Under the pieces are notes generated by a model, which made no database searches, was not told where the DNA came from, and saw nothing but the letters and a program-made list of their open reading frames with translations. Below, in pieces: positions 1-10,749 of a stretch of 64,000 bases of DNA. The stretch covers positions 32,001 through 96,000 of the forward strand of contig JBHJHA010000035.1 of assembly GCA_050331235.1 (NCBI GenBank), in the 5' to 3' direction. Position numbers and translations under genes: made by a program. Every line of letters begins with the position of its first letter. Within the stretch, counting starts at the first letter, position 1. This DNA is from Leptolyngbyaceae cyanobacterium (GTDB lineage: Bacteria > Cyanobacteriota > Cyanobacteriia > Phormidesmidales > Phormidesmidaceae).

Positions 1-1
1 A

Positions 2-316
2 CCTCTAACTTGGTCATGGAACGGCCGAACCTGGCGATTGGCTCGGGGGGAAAAAGAGCAAGCGCTATCCGGAATGATCTTGCTCTTAGCAGTTTTGCTG
101 ATTGTTGTACCTGCCGGCGTTATATGGCTATCGGGTAATCTCTTTCCCCCTTTGCATCCCACCTCTAGCACCCCCTTTTCAACCGTTTGGGCTATGGTGA
201 CTTTGTTTGCCCATAGCCTACTCGTGTTCTGGTTGTTTGGAGAGTATTATCAACTGCCCTTTTATGTGGCGGCCAAGTTGAGAGTCTTACGGCTGCGCTT
301 GTTTTCCCAACGATAA
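2..316 (+). CDS. 3' part of a membrane protein that probably starts before the window
   Basis: Frame is open from position 2 to TAA 314-316; two hydrophobic segments (MILLLAVLLIVVPAGVIWL, VWAMVTLFAHSLLVFWLF). Confidence 0.45.
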   Translation, partial: PLTWSWNGRTWRLARGEKEQALSGMILLLAVLLIVVPAGVIWLSGNLFPPLHPTSSTPFSTVWAMVTLFAHSLLVFWLFGEYYQLPFYVAAKLRVLRLRLFSQR

Positions 317-423
317 TCATCCATGATGAGCAGCTATGGCCCTGTTTCCATTGATCATCCTTAGAACGATGCTAACCAGTGAGTCAATTTAGCGACCCAG
401 AAAGGGGAATCAATGCATCAAAA

Positions 424-879
424 TCATGATATCTGCTTGCGCATAGTTACATGGGCGATACCCACTTCTAAAAATTCATCGCCTTCACTTTGGAAGCCTA
501 ATTTTTCATAGAATTTGATGGCATGGCGCTGTGCTGACAGCACAACTTCATCATGGTAGTTCTGTTTAGCTACTTCAAACAGACGGCGCATGAGTTGGAG
601 CCCGACTCCTTTGCGGCGCCAGGGACGAACAACCGCAACGCGGCCAATCTTTCCACTTGGTGCTAATCTCCCAGTTCCCACTGGAACATTGCCGTAAAAA
701 GCCAAAACATGGTGCGATACCGGATCGTAGTTGTCAATTTCGAGCTCGAGTGGAATGTTTTGCTCTTGAACAAATACCGTAAATCTGATGGCGTGGATGA
801 GTGATTTATCAGCGGTATAGTCCGCGACTTCAGTGTTGATCGCGGACTGAAGCTGTGGAGTCGCAAGTATAGATGACAT
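424..879 (-). CDS. GNAT family N-acetyltransferase (ElaA/YjcF-like)
   Basis: IRFTVFVQEQ, IGRVAV, RRKGVG acetyl-CoA motif, AIKFYEKLGF, GIAHVTM. Confidence 0.9.
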   Translation of the reverse strand: MSSILATPQLQSAINTEVADYTADKSLIHAIRFTVFVQEQNIPLELEIDNYDPVSHHVLAFYGNVPVGTGRLAPSGKIGRVAVVRPWRRKGVGLQLMRRLFEVAKQNYHDEVVLSAQRHAIKFYEKLGFQSEGDEFLEVGIAHVTMRKQIS

Positions 880-1464
880 ATTAGCAATGGGTAGTAGATG
901 CTTGGAGGTCGGTCATCTCGTTGAAGATGTATTAGGCATTCAAGACATTCGAGTACTAATACCTAATCAAGACAACTGTTGTAGACTCTTGGTGATATTA
1001 CATCAATGTAAACGAGAAACAAAGCAAAATCTACGTAAGAAGCTACCTATATTCGAAGACCTAGAGCATAGGCTCAAACTGTCGGATGTTCGATTGTCGG
1101 ATATCAGCGATACGCATGCAGGTTCAAAAGACTAGAATCGCCATGCTTGGCTCAGTGAATCTTGCTTTAATCATGCTTACTTTGAGGTCCCATGGATACC
1201 GTTAAATCACAGAACCTCAAAAGCTCAACATGGATGTCATTGATGGTCTTTATAACTAACAAGTATATTATTTTTAGGTATACAATCGGTTGAGCTGAAG
1301 CGATCGCGCTGCCAGTCTAATAGCCGTCAATCCAGTCAAATTCCGATCAGCTTTACTTCAGTATTAAGAATATCTGTTCTAAATGAAGGGCGAGTTTTTG
1401 TGACTATTCAGTCAGACAGTATGGGATTCATTTTTGAACGGAACTATCTACTACCCAAAAACCC

Positions 1465-2745
1465 CTATAGCATGAGTAAGTGAGATACGTCCGTAGAGCC
1501 AAACGTCATACTGAGGGCAACGTTGAGGTTTTCGAACACTTTGACTAGCCATTGAACATTATTTTGAGTTGACGTTTCGTAATGACTGAACAGTGTAGAA
1601 AAGCGCTTTTCTAAGTAAGGCTTAACCTTGCGACATACGAGCACTAATTTGATAAGCAATCCGGTTGTTGATAAGGGGCCCAAATTATTAATTAAATCGA
1701 TAAAGATGAAATGCTGGGGATTTGCAGAAGACTCAAGCACTAAGAAGTTCAAGAGTTGGCTGCAGGTGCGAATCATCAAGAAATCGTTGAGAGGTTGATC
1801 CTCATTTTGCGGTAACGTATGCTCCAATTGTGTCGAGAGTAACTTGTTAAACTTGCGCTGGCCATAGACAGGGTCGATAGACGTTCCTAAATAGTCATAA
1901 AGGCTACGCTTAAACTCCCCAAAGTTAGCAGTTTTAGTCTGCTGTAAAAAGAGTTGGGCAGAATCACAATAATTTTGCCCTTGGTAAACCTTTCCAGAAA
2001 ACTGGTTAAGTGAACTGACTAATTCGCGATCGCTTAACAAGGTCGGGTTGCTAACCGGTTTGAGTCGCTGTAGGTTCCTTTGGTCAGGGGATAGTTTTTT
2101 TAAGCGGGCCTGACGCACCCGATAGGTTACATAGTGGGAGAGGTTGACCTCAAACTGCTGTTGAGCTTGAGCCTGCATATAACGGATGTGCCGATGGTGA
2201 GCTTCAGGGCTGTCTTCACTGACTAAGCAGTATTCATACAAATAGGGATAGCGCTGAATCAGGTTGCCGAGCGGACGCTGCTCATTCTGTTGGTGACTGT
2301 CGGCGTCAATCAGGCAAGATAGTCGCTTGAGGGTTAAGTATTGCTCGGTTTTAGTGAACTGCCTGACAACGTTGTGCAACTGCCGCACTTGCCGATGACG
2401 AGTGTATTCTCTGACTTCAGCTGTGGGGGAACGCTCAAACAGGTCGACCAGTTGTGGAATTGCATATTGAAACTGCGAATTACCCTGCCAGCGATTAATT
2501 AGGATATGACAGCAGCGATTAAGTACGAAGTGGAAGTACTCTTCAGCCTCACGATCGGAAATGATCGCATCTAGCAGAGAGACAACTTCATGGTTGTTAT
2601 ATCCAACGCCTTCAATAAACAGTGCTTGAAAACGCTCAATTAGCTGTTCCGGTGCTTCATGCTCGGCGTAGGCGAGTAAATGGTCATAGAGCGCCTGCTC
2701 TTGAGGACTGACTGAACGACTTGGATAGGCTACCCTTTGATTCAC
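1465..2745 (-). CDS. Hypothetical protein, 426 aa
   Basis: Long ORF with a GTG start and protein-like composition; no catalytic motif recognised. Confidence 0.8.
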   Translation of the reverse strand: MNQRVAYPSRSVSPQEQALYDHLLAYAEHEAPEQLIERFQALFIEGVGYNNHEVVSLLDAIISDREAEEYFHFVLNRCCHILINRWQGNSQFQYAIPQLVDLFERSPTAEVREYTRHRQVRQLHNVVRQFTKTEQYLTLKRLSCLIDADSHQQNEQRPLGNLIQRYPYLYEYCLVSEDSPEAHHRHIRYMQAQAQQQFEVNLSHYVTYRVRQARLKKLSPDQRNLQRLKPVSNPTLLSDRELVSSLNQFSGKVYQGQNYCDSAQLFLQQTKTANFGEFKRSLYDYLGTSIDPVYGQRKFNKLLSTQLEHTLPQNEDQPLNDFLMIRTCSQLLNFLVLESSANPQHFIFIDLINNLGPLSTTGLLIKLVLVCRKVKPYLEKRFSTLFSHYETSTQNNVQWLVKVFENLNVALSMTFGSTDVSHLLML

Positions 2746-3430
2746 AGTAACAAATGCCCTTAATCGGCATAAACGATATTGATTCGCGCCCGATGCCCCT
2801 GTAGAACGCTCTAATCGATCGGCGACGGCTTTGCTCTGACTGCCGTAGATACTAGATGCTTAATATAAAATCTAATCTTTCTACGTAAGCTTGACGTCGG
2901 TTTTTACACTTGATATACAGAGCCTATACGATTCAAACATTCAGTAGAACTACTGGCATCCAAAATGTAAGCTCGGGTCTGCGGTGAAGTGACATTCTAT
3001 GTCTGGGCACCAAACCTCTTGGCTTAGAGGATTCGAGCTGACCCTAGTAATTCACAAAGTGACTGTCATACTTCACGGAATGTTTGTAGCCTCATAGCTA
3101 TTTCACCTAAATTCTGGATTTCTGTAAAGGAATCTTTATCTAAATGATTTATATTCCAAAATGCTAAACATACAGAAACGATATGTACTGTTGACTGTCT
3201 TTGGAACATCGGCTAGATGTCGTCAGGCTGGAGCCGCTAGCCAATTCAATCGGCGGCAAAGGCTAGCGCCGTAAAGCCTGGGCAACTGGTGGAACTTGGT
3301 TCGTTGGCTGAAAGGCCACCAGAATTATGGCTATGTGAGACTGCACCGCTTGCTGCTGACATCTTCAAAGAGACGATGATTTAAGTTCCTTGGGTAGAGG
3401 TACTGTCAGCAGCAATGGCGAAGAAGACAC

Positions 3431-4123
3431 TCAGGCCTCAGCCGCAGCTAGTTCATCCAGCTTGGCGCGCACAGCTTGGATATCTTGCCACATGAGCCAC
3501 TTGGGGGCACCTTTTTCACGGGAGGGATTGCGCAAAAGATATGCTGGGTGAAAGATGGGCATGCACCAGCGGCCTTGCCACTCGGTCCACTGGCCTCGAA
3601 CTTTGGTGATGCCGCGTTTTTCTCCCGTTAAGCCTTTCATAGCCGTAGCGCCGGTCATGAGGATAATTTTGGGATCGACGAGGCGAATTTGCTCTAGTAG
3701 GTAGCCTTTGCAGGCGGCGGATTCGTCTGCTGCGGGGGTCCGATTGCCAGGTGGGCGGCATTTCACAACATTGCAGATGTAGACATCCTGCGCCGAATCT
3801 AACCGGACAGCCGCCAGGATCTTTTCTAGGAGTTGGCCCGATTTACCCACGAAGGGTAGTCCTTGTTCGTCCGCTTGTTGCCCCGTTCCCTCACCGACTA
3901 TCATGATGGGGGCTTGGGGATTGCCACGGCTGACAACAACATTGGTACGACCGGCGGCGAGCCCGCAGCGCTGGCAATGGTTACAGTGGCGGCCAAGGGT
4001 CTCTAAGTCTTCGTAAATTCCGGGTGGTATCGGTACGCTAGCGCTGGTGGGGATCGTTTCAATGTCGAAATCTGCGGGGGGTTTGGCGGCAGATGCACCA
4101 AACAAATCGATTTGATCAGTCAT
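3431..4123 (-). CDS. Uracil-DNA glycosylase family 4 (Fe-S type)
   Basis: CxxCxL N-terminal Cys cluster, GLPFVGKSG, NVVKCRPP, FHPAYLLR; motif A reads GEGTG rather than GEGPG; start moved to ATG 4123. Confidence 0.88.
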   Translation of the reverse strand: MTDQIDLFGASAAKPPADFDIETIPTSASVPIPPGIYEDLETLGRHCNHCQRCGLAAGRTNVVVSRGNPQAPIMIVGEGTGQQADEQGLPFVGKSGQLLEKILAAVRLDSAQDVYICNVVKCRPPGNRTPAADESAACKGYLLEQIRLVDPKIILMTGATAMKGLTGEKRGITKVRGQWTEWQGRWCMPIFHPAYLLRNPSREKGAPKWLMWQDIQAVRAKLDELAAAEA

Positions 4124-4388
4124 TAGGAGGTCAAGACGGGGGCTATCAATGATGCAAAGCTTAATACCTGGAGATACCAGAAACAAATATTCACCTGGTC
4201 GATATTGTAGAAGAGTCCTAACGTCGAGGTGAACTGGGCTGGGAGAAGGACGGGCGGGCGGGCGGCTGAGTATTCCTTGAAATTGGGAGAGAGTGGTATG
4301 ACACAGCGAATTGTGTATCGTATGTCAGCATACAAACTTGCATACCGTGAGTGCTGTATACAGCTTAATACCGCTCCATGTAGGACCT

Positions 4389-5468
4389 ATGTTAGTTACT
4401 CGGCAGCCAATTTTTCGACACTTTTGGTATCCAGTCATTCCCTTGGAGATGTTGGCTGATGGGCTGCAGACCTTTGAGCTGCTGGGGGAGTCGTTAGTGG
4501 TGTGGTTAGATAAGGCGGGACAGCCTGCTGCCGTGCGAGATCGCTGCTGTCACCGGACGGCGAAGCTGTCTTTGGGCAGTGTGGATAATGGTTGCATTCG
4601 CTGTCCTTTCCATGGTTGGGAGTTTGATGCTGTGGGGCAGTGTGTCAAAGTGCCTCAGTTAGCTCAAGGTAAAGCGATCCCCGCCACTTACAAGGTAGAG
4701 GCCTTTCGATGCCAGGCACGCTACGGCTATGTGTGGGTTTGCTTGGCCGACCCCATCGCGGATATTCCGGTGATCGCAGAGGCAGACGCGCCTAACTATC
4801 GCATCATCCACGAGTTTTATGAGCCGTGGCAGGTGGCTGGGCTGCGGGTAATGGAAAACGAGTTGGATTTGGCTCACCCGACCTTTGTTCATACGACTAC
4901 CTTTGGTAGCGATGAGCATCCAGTGCCCGATTCGTTAGACGTAGAAGAGACGGCCTACGGCATCCACGTTAAAGGTCTACTCGGGGTCGTCAATCCAGAG
5001 CAGCAGCAAAAAAATCTCAACATGAATGAAGGCGGCACGACGCGGACCTTGGAAATGGACTGGTTTATGCCTTTTACCGCCCGGCTCAAGATCATCTATC
5101 CCAATGGGCTGGAACATATCATCGTGAATACGATGACACCGATTGCTGACGATCGCTCCCAGATGGTGCAATTTTGCGTGCGAAACGACACTGAGGCCGA
5201 TACTGCTGCTGAGGACATTATCGCGTTTGATCGTGCCGTCACCCTGGAAGATAAGCGGATTCTTGAGTCGACCGATTACGATGTCCCGTTGACGCCAAGC
5301 CAAGAAGAACATATGTTTACTGACCGCCCCGGGGTGCTCATTCGTAAGCGCGTAGCGGCACTGTTACGAGAATATGGTGAGACTGAACAGACCCGCCATC
5401 GCACAGTGCTAGCTTCGTCGACGGCAAGGCCGACATCGGTCATGGCTCAGGCCGTGTCTTCTAGCTGA
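4389..5468 (+). CDS. Rieske non-heme iron oxygenase alpha subunit (VanA/demethylase-like)
   Basis: DRCCHR...CPFHGW Rieske ligands, ENELDLAHPTFVH mononuclear Fe motif, C-terminal ED; AGGA before ATG 4389. Confidence 0.9.
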   Translation: MLVTRQPIFRHFWYPVIPLEMLADGLQTFELLGESLVVWLDKAGQPAAVRDRCCHRTAKLSLGSVDNGCIRCPFHGWEFDAVGQCVKVPQLAQGKAIPATYKVEAFRCQARYGYVWVCLADPIADIPVIAEADAPNYRIIHEFYEPWQVAGLRVMENELDLAHPTFVHTTTFGSDEHPVPDSLDVEETAYGIHVKGLLGVVNPEQQQKNLNMNEGGTTRTLEMDWFMPFTARLKIIYPNGLEHIIVNTMTPIADDRSQMVQFCVRNDTEADTAAEDIIAFDRAVTLEDKRILESTDYDVPLTPSQEEHMFTDRPGVLIRKRVAALLREYGETEQTRHRTVLASSTARPTSVMAQAVSSS

Positions 5469-5493
5469 TACGAGGATGATCAGTGATGGATGA

Positions 5494-7578
5494 TCAGTGA
5501 TGGGAATATTCCGGTGTGATGCCCAGATGGTGAAACATAAAGGCATACACGTCGGCGGTTTCCTCAAGGCCTTTGGTGAGGCTACTGGCTCCGTGACCGG
5601 AGTTGGTGCCGATGCGGATCAGGGTTGGGGCCTCGCCGCTGTGGCGAGCCTGCAGGGTGGCCGCATATTTGAAGGAATGGGCCGGCACGACGCGATCGTC
5701 ATGGTCAGCGGTGACGATAAGCGTTGCAGGGTAGGGCACGTCATCGCGGATGTTGTGCAGCGGTGAATAGTCATAGAGATAAGCAAAGTCGGCTTCGTTG
5801 TCGCTGGAGCCCATTTCAGCAATCCAATTCCAGCCAATGGTGAATTTCTGAAAGCGCAGCATATCCATCACGCCGACCCCCGGTAGCGCAACGCGAAACA
5901 AATCTGGTCGTCGGTTGATCACGGCACCGACCAACAATCCACCGTTGGAGCGGCCTTCGATCGCGAGCTTGTCGGTGCGGGTATAGCCCTCACAAATTAA
6001 ATATTCCGCTGCGGCAATGAAGTCTGTGAATGCGGTTGGTCGCTTTTCACGAATAGCGGCTTCGTGCCAAGCGCGACCATATTCCCCCCCGCCGCGAATA
6101 TTGGCGATCGCAATCAGCATGCCCTGCTCTAGGAGTGCGACCCGTTGCGCCTGAAAGGATGGCACAAGAGAGATATTGAATCCGCCATAGGCGTACAGAT
6201 AAGTGGGCGTATTTCTCTGCAAAGATAGTCCCTTTTTATGGATTAAGAACAGGGGAATCTGAGTACCGTCGTCGCTGGGATAAAACACTTGGCGCGTCTT
6301 ATATTCGTCGGTGTTGAAGGCGATCTCGGGGCGACGAAACATGCTGGACTGACCAGTGGCAACGTCGTAGCGATAAATCGTGGGTGGCACCGTGTAGGAC
6401 GTAAAGATATAGAACGTGAAGGCGTCTCGGGGGGTGCCGTCAAATCCGCTGACGGTGCCGAGGCCAGGCAAATCCACTGATCGCTCTAGGGAGCCCTCTG
6501 GGGTGTAGACGTCAACGCGAGAGACGACATCTTGTAAGTAGGTAACAAAAAGTTTGCCCCCTACTAAGCTGGCGCTGCGCAACGGTTCTGCTTTTTCAGA
6601 AAGAACTGTTTGCCACTGTTCTATAGCTGGATTTTGGGGATCGACTGAGACTAGCTTGCGGTTAGGCGCATCTTGGTTGGTGACCATCAACAGGCGATCG
6701 CCCAGATTATCCACAATCGAAAAACTCTCATCGGTAATGGTGTCGATGAGGGGCGAAAATTCTGTGGCTCCTGCGGCCAAATCTTTGATGTATAGAGCGT
6801 TGCCCAGTTTGGCCTGACCGCGATCGCTAATGGATAGGATCAAAAACCGTTCGTCATTTGTGGCGCTGACAAAATGAAACCGGAGGGGGTGGTCGGCATC
6901 CTCGTAAATCAAGTCATCGGCTGACTGGTCGGTGCCGAGGCGGTGATAATACACCTTGTGAAACTCGTTGCGAGATGACCACTCCGAGCCGTCGGTGGGG
7001 GCATCGTAGCGACCATAAAAGAATCCCTCACCGCACCAAGCCGGGTAGGAAACTTTAACCCAGGTCAAGGTTTCGGGCAGCAGTTCCCCGGTTTCTACAT
7101 TTAAGATGCGGTACTGCTGCCAGTCAGAACTGCCTTCGGAAAGCCCGTAAACCGCATATTTGCCATCTTTAGAGGGATTGAAGACGCTCAGCGTGGTGGT
7201 TTGGTCGTCAGAAAACGTGTTGGGATCAAGCAACTGACGGGGCTTGCCCTTTAAACCATCCTGTACGTAGACAAGGCTTTGCTCCTGTAGGCCATCATTT
7301 TTGAAGAAAAAAAAGCGATCGCCGCGCTTGGTAGGAGCGGAATAGCGGGGATAGTCCACAATTTCCTTGAGCCGCTGTTTGATTGCTCCGCGATAGGGAA
7401 TCTGCTCTAAAAAGTTGAAGGTGACTGCGTTTTGGGCCTTGACCCATGCGGCTGTAGCGGCTGAGCGATCGTCCTCTAACCAGCGGTATGGGTCGGGCAC
7501 GGCGGTGCCAAAGTAGGTGTCAACTTGGTCAACGGTGGCCGTTTCTGGATAGTGTGGCTTGGAGATGGCATCAGACAT
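5494..7578 (-). CDS. Prolyl oligopeptidase (S9A)
   Basis: DPYRWLED, GRSNGG catalytic Ser, DDRV Asp, GHG His. Confidence 0.95.
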   Translation of the reverse strand: MSDAISKPHYPETATVDQVDTYFGTAVPDPYRWLEDDRSAATAAWVKAQNAVTFNFLEQIPYRGAIKQRLKEIVDYPRYSAPTKRGDRFFFFKNDGLQEQSLVYVQDGLKGKPRQLLDPNTFSDDQTTTLSVFNPSKDGKYAVYGLSEGSSDWQQYRILNVETGELLPETLTWVKVSYPAWCGEGFFYGRYDAPTDGSEWSSRNEFHKVYYHRLGTDQSADDLIYEDADHPLRFHFVSATNDERFLILSISDRGQAKLGNALYIKDLAAGATEFSPLIDTITDESFSIVDNLGDRLLMVTNQDAPNRKLVSVDPQNPAIEQWQTVLSEKAEPLRSASLVGGKLFVTYLQDVVSRVDVYTPEGSLERSVDLPGLGTVSGFDGTPRDAFTFYIFTSYTVPPTIYRYDVATGQSSMFRRPEIAFNTDEYKTRQVFYPSDDGTQIPLFLIHKKGLSLQRNTPTYLYAYGGFNISLVPSFQAQRVALLEQGMLIAIANIRGGGEYGRAWHEAAIREKRPTAFTDFIAAAEYLICEGYTRTDKLAIEGRSNGGLLVGAVINRRPDLFRVALPGVGVMDMLRFQKFTIGWNWIAEMGSSDNEADFAYLYDYSPLHNIRDDVPYPATLIVTADHDDRVVPAHSFKYAATLQARHSGEAPTLIRIGTNSGHGASSLTKGLEETADVYAFMFHHLGITPEYSHH

Positions 7579-7706
7579 AGAGCACTCGGTAGGGCGATCG
7601 CTCTCATTGTGCCGAAGAATGTTGATGGAGGATCAGCGTTGCTCCAGTTCGCGCCGTTCAAAGGCCCTGTTTGATCAGGTTGCTGAGTGCATGGTGGCCA
7701 GTTGGT

Positions 7707-8999
7707 TTATGTGTTCATGCGCTCGTAAATGGCGGAAGTTGCCGGTGAGTAGCGGGTGAGATAGTTGAAAATCCAAAACTTGACACAAGAATCAATAATC
7801 ACTGGCACAGTCGCGATGAAGGTGTTGATGAAGACTTCGCTTTCGGGCAGACCAAAGTGATGCAACGACCCCGCCAAAATCACCTCCCATCCCTCTGCGG
7901 AGTGAAACCCCACGAAAATATCGGTAATCAGAATGAATAAAAATACCTTTAAGGGATCGCGCAGCCCTAAAAACGTGCGATTTGCCACCATGCGGATGAG
8001 TTTGACCTGACGCCGACCCAGGAGTACCAATACTCCAAACACGAGCAGTGCCACCACGTCCGCCAAGAGGTTTTTCAAGCCGTTGAGCTCGTCTTCTCGG
8101 GCCTCACGCCATAGATCAAAGGCGGCTTCTTGCAGATACTCCTGACGACTTTCGTTGTCCATGTCGCTGTAATAACCTAGCAACGTGGCAACTTCGAGTT
8201 TTTCCTTAGCAAATAGGTAATCGCGAGCAAACTCGTCTTGAATTTCTTCATTGAGTTCGATCTCGGTGGGGTTGTGATCGCTGTAGTTGCCCAGCAGTGG
8301 TTCAAAGACCAGATTTTTAGTCAAAATCTGGACCGATAGCGGAATGATCAGCAGCACCGCTAACCACCGCAGCGCAATCTGCGTCTGCTTGCGCTGGAGC
8401 CGCAGCGACTCGATGACCTGTTGTTCATATTCAGCGGTACTTTCCTTACCGGGTGAGCGCAGTCGCGGCAAGAAACTGTCTCGGGGGCGATCGCTGGTGG
8501 CTTCTAACGCTGGCATGTCTAATGTGCGATCTCGGGCCGGCTGGGGCTCTGGCTGCGTCTCCACGGGCATCAGCTCATCATCGCCGGTAAAAAATGAGGC
8601 TAGATTGCCCTCCCCGCGATACTTAGCGATAACCGATTCGATCAGCTCGAGCTTGTCGAGGACCGGCTGTCGCTGCTTTTGAATTTCAGCTTCGGGTGCT
8701 GGAAGACCCGCTGTGGCTGTGGGTTGCGCTGCAGTCGCCTCCGCTTCGAACAAAAAACTGTTGGTCTTAAATTGAGCTAAGTTGAACCGAATCTTGAGCA
8801 ATTGGCGATCGCGTAAACTGGCCGCATAGTCTGATACCGTTTTGCTCTTGTCAGGCTGGTCGGCGATTTTTTGCCCCTCATACAGCTCCTCTTCGAGCTT
8901 GCGAATCGTCAGCGCGCCTTCATAGGCCGTATCTAGAGCTTTTTGGCGACGCTGGGCCAACCAGCCAAAAACTTGATTAGACGCGTTACGAAATTCCAT
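7707..8999 (-). CDS. pxcA: Proton extrusion protein PxcA (CemA family)
   Basis: C-terminal ILITDIFVGFHSAEGWE and FIATVPVIIDSCVKFWIFNYLTRYSP are characteristic of CemA. Confidence 0.9.
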   Translation of the reverse strand: MEFRNASNQVFGWLAQRRQKALDTAYEGALTIRKLEEELYEGQKIADQPDKSKTVSDYAASLRDRQLLKIRFNLAQFKTNSFLFEAEATAAQPTATAGLPAPEAEIQKQRQPVLDKLELIESVIAKYRGEGNLASFFTGDDELMPVETQPEPQPARDRTLDMPALEATSDRPRDSFLPRLRSPGKESTAEYEQQVIESLRLQRKQTQIALRWLAVLLIIPLSVQILTKNLVFEPLLGNYSDHNPTEIELNEEIQDEFARDYLFAKEKLEVATLLGYYSDMDNESRQEYLQEAAFDLWREAREDELNGLKNLLADVVALLVFGVLVLLGRRQVKLIRMVANRTFLGLRDPLKVFLFILITDIFVGFHSAEGWEVILAGSLHHFGLPESEVFINTFIATVPVIIDSCVKFWIFNYLTRYSPATSAIYERMNT

Positions 9000-9400
9000 A
9001 CTTTGCTTTCCAGAAAATACAGAGTGAGCTTCTATCCAACAGAAAAACTTGAAATATGCCTGTTAGCCCAAGACTATTGGGCGCTGGGTCAAGGAGCTAT
9101 AAGCTATGAATGCCGCAATTATGACAAGCTTTGTTACGGTTGGCAGGCTAACGTACTGCCAACATAGGACGACAGTAACTCACTGTGGAGGCGCTAGCTA
9201 TGGATGATCAGCAGGGCCTCGTCGAGAAAGTGGAAGGACGCAGCGGCTCCGCAAAATTGTTTTGATGCAGGAATTTACTCGAAGCTTTAGTAGCTTCTTA
9301 ACGTGCCTTGCCTACTATACAGTGTGCGTGGTGGCGTCGACTCAAACCGCTTGATTGCGCGATCGCCGCTCGTGAGATTTTAGATAGGACAGGTTAACTT

Positions 9401-9892
9401 ATGGCCGACTTTACTGTTTGGAAATTTGATTCTGCTGATGGCGCGAGGGGCGTTTTGAACAAGCTAGCAGAGTTGCAAAAGCAGCATCTCATCACCATTA
9501 AGGATGCCGCAGTGGTGACCTGGCCAGAGGGTAAGAAAAAGCCTAAAACTGAACAAGCACTTCCCCTGATTAGCTTAGGGGCCCTTGATGGGGCCTTTTG
9601 GGGCCTGCTGTTTGGTTTGATTTTCTTCGTACCGCTGTTTGGCGCCGCTGTGGGTGCTTTGAGTGGTGCGCTGTCTGGCTACTTTCGGGACTACGGGATC
9701 AATGACGATTTCATCAAAGAGATTCGAGCCCAAATTACTGAAGGCACCTCAGCGTTGTTCCTCATGACTGAGGATGTCACCCTCGACAAGGTTGAGGATG
9801 CGTTGGGCGGTGATCATGCTCAACTCATTCGTTCGAACCTCACCAACGAGCAGGAAGAACGACTTAAAGAGCACTTCAGCGTGGCTGAGTAA
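9401..9892 (+). CDS. DUF1269 family membrane protein
   Basis: DAAVV, glycine-zipper GAFWGLLFGLIFFVPLFGAAVGA, DYGINDDFIKE, SALF. Confidence 0.85.
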   Translation: MADFTVWKFDSADGARGVLNKLAELQKQHLITIKDAAVVTWPEGKKKPKTEQALPLISLGALDGAFWGLLFGLIFFVPLFGAAVGALSGALSGYFRDYGINDDFIKEIRAQITEGTSALFLMTEDVTLDKVEDALGGDHAQLIRSNLTNEQEERLKEHFSVAE

Positions 9893-10109
9893 GCACGTTT
9901 GACCACCCGTAGAGATGGCTAGTCGCTGGCACTCGCTCCCAGTGGATCGCTTGAGCCATCTTCTGATCGCCCCCTGAAATTTGGCAGTAGCGGCTATTGC
10001 GACACCCTTGGTGTAACCGCCGACGGCCGGTTGGGGGGCGATCTCGTCATTAACTATTCGCCCGAGGATTGTTTGACCACTAGCGATACCGCTTGTTGAG
10101 GTAAACCGC

Positions 10110-10571
10110 ATGGATGTCACTGAAGCGACGCAAGATCTCATCAGTCAGGCCCAACAGCTCAAAGCCAAGCACTCGGATGCTGTGTCGGTGACCTTCATCG
10201 ACTTTTATTGCCAGTGCCGGCAGGGAGCTGATTATTTGTTCCCGCCGGTGATGCGGTCATCAGTGCGGCTGCTAGATATTTTGAACTGGTTTTTTGCCTG
10301 TGTCGACGGGCAAGCGCCGCCTACGCTGGTGCGTTTAATGTGGCAGGACATCGCTGGCCCAACTTTGCAGGCCTACAACCGGGATGAAGCGATCGAACAC
10401 AGTTTGCTCCAAGCTTTTGAGTCTGGTGCCCTCCAGCTTTTCATTACCACCTGGGATCGAGAACGCAATCCCGATGGCTCGGACCATTTGAAAAACGATG
10501 GCAGCGTGCATCTCACTCTGCGGGAAATGCTGGAAGATCTTGAACAGGTAGAAGCCAAAGTGCTGGGCTAA
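10110..10571 (+). CDS. Hypothetical protein
   Basis: 153 aa ORF with GAGG RBS upstream; no family recognised. Confidence 0.65.
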   Translation: MDVTEATQDLISQAQQLKAKHSDAVSVTFIDFYCQCRQGADYLFPPVMRSSVRLLDILNWFFACVDGQAPPTLVRLMWQDIAGPTLQAYNRDEAIEHSLLQAFESGALQLFITTWDRERNPDGSDHLKNDGSVHLTLREMLEDLEQVEAKVLG

Positions 10572-10749
10572 TCAATTTTATTCAGTGCTGCTTCGCTAGC
10601 CGCGTTGTAGATCCTGGCTCTAGTGAGTAGGTATCCCAATCTCTCTCTTGCGTAGGCTATATATGGCCTCAAAATCTCTATGGCGAAAGAGTCCCACGGC
10701 GATGCCAGCACCTAATCTGTATGGTTACTACGCGTTGTGGGATAAGACT

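Noticed and set aside
887..1135. 82-aa ORF divergent from the GNAT gene
   Set aside because: Starts 8 nt from the divergent start, leaving no promoter space; no RBS or motif
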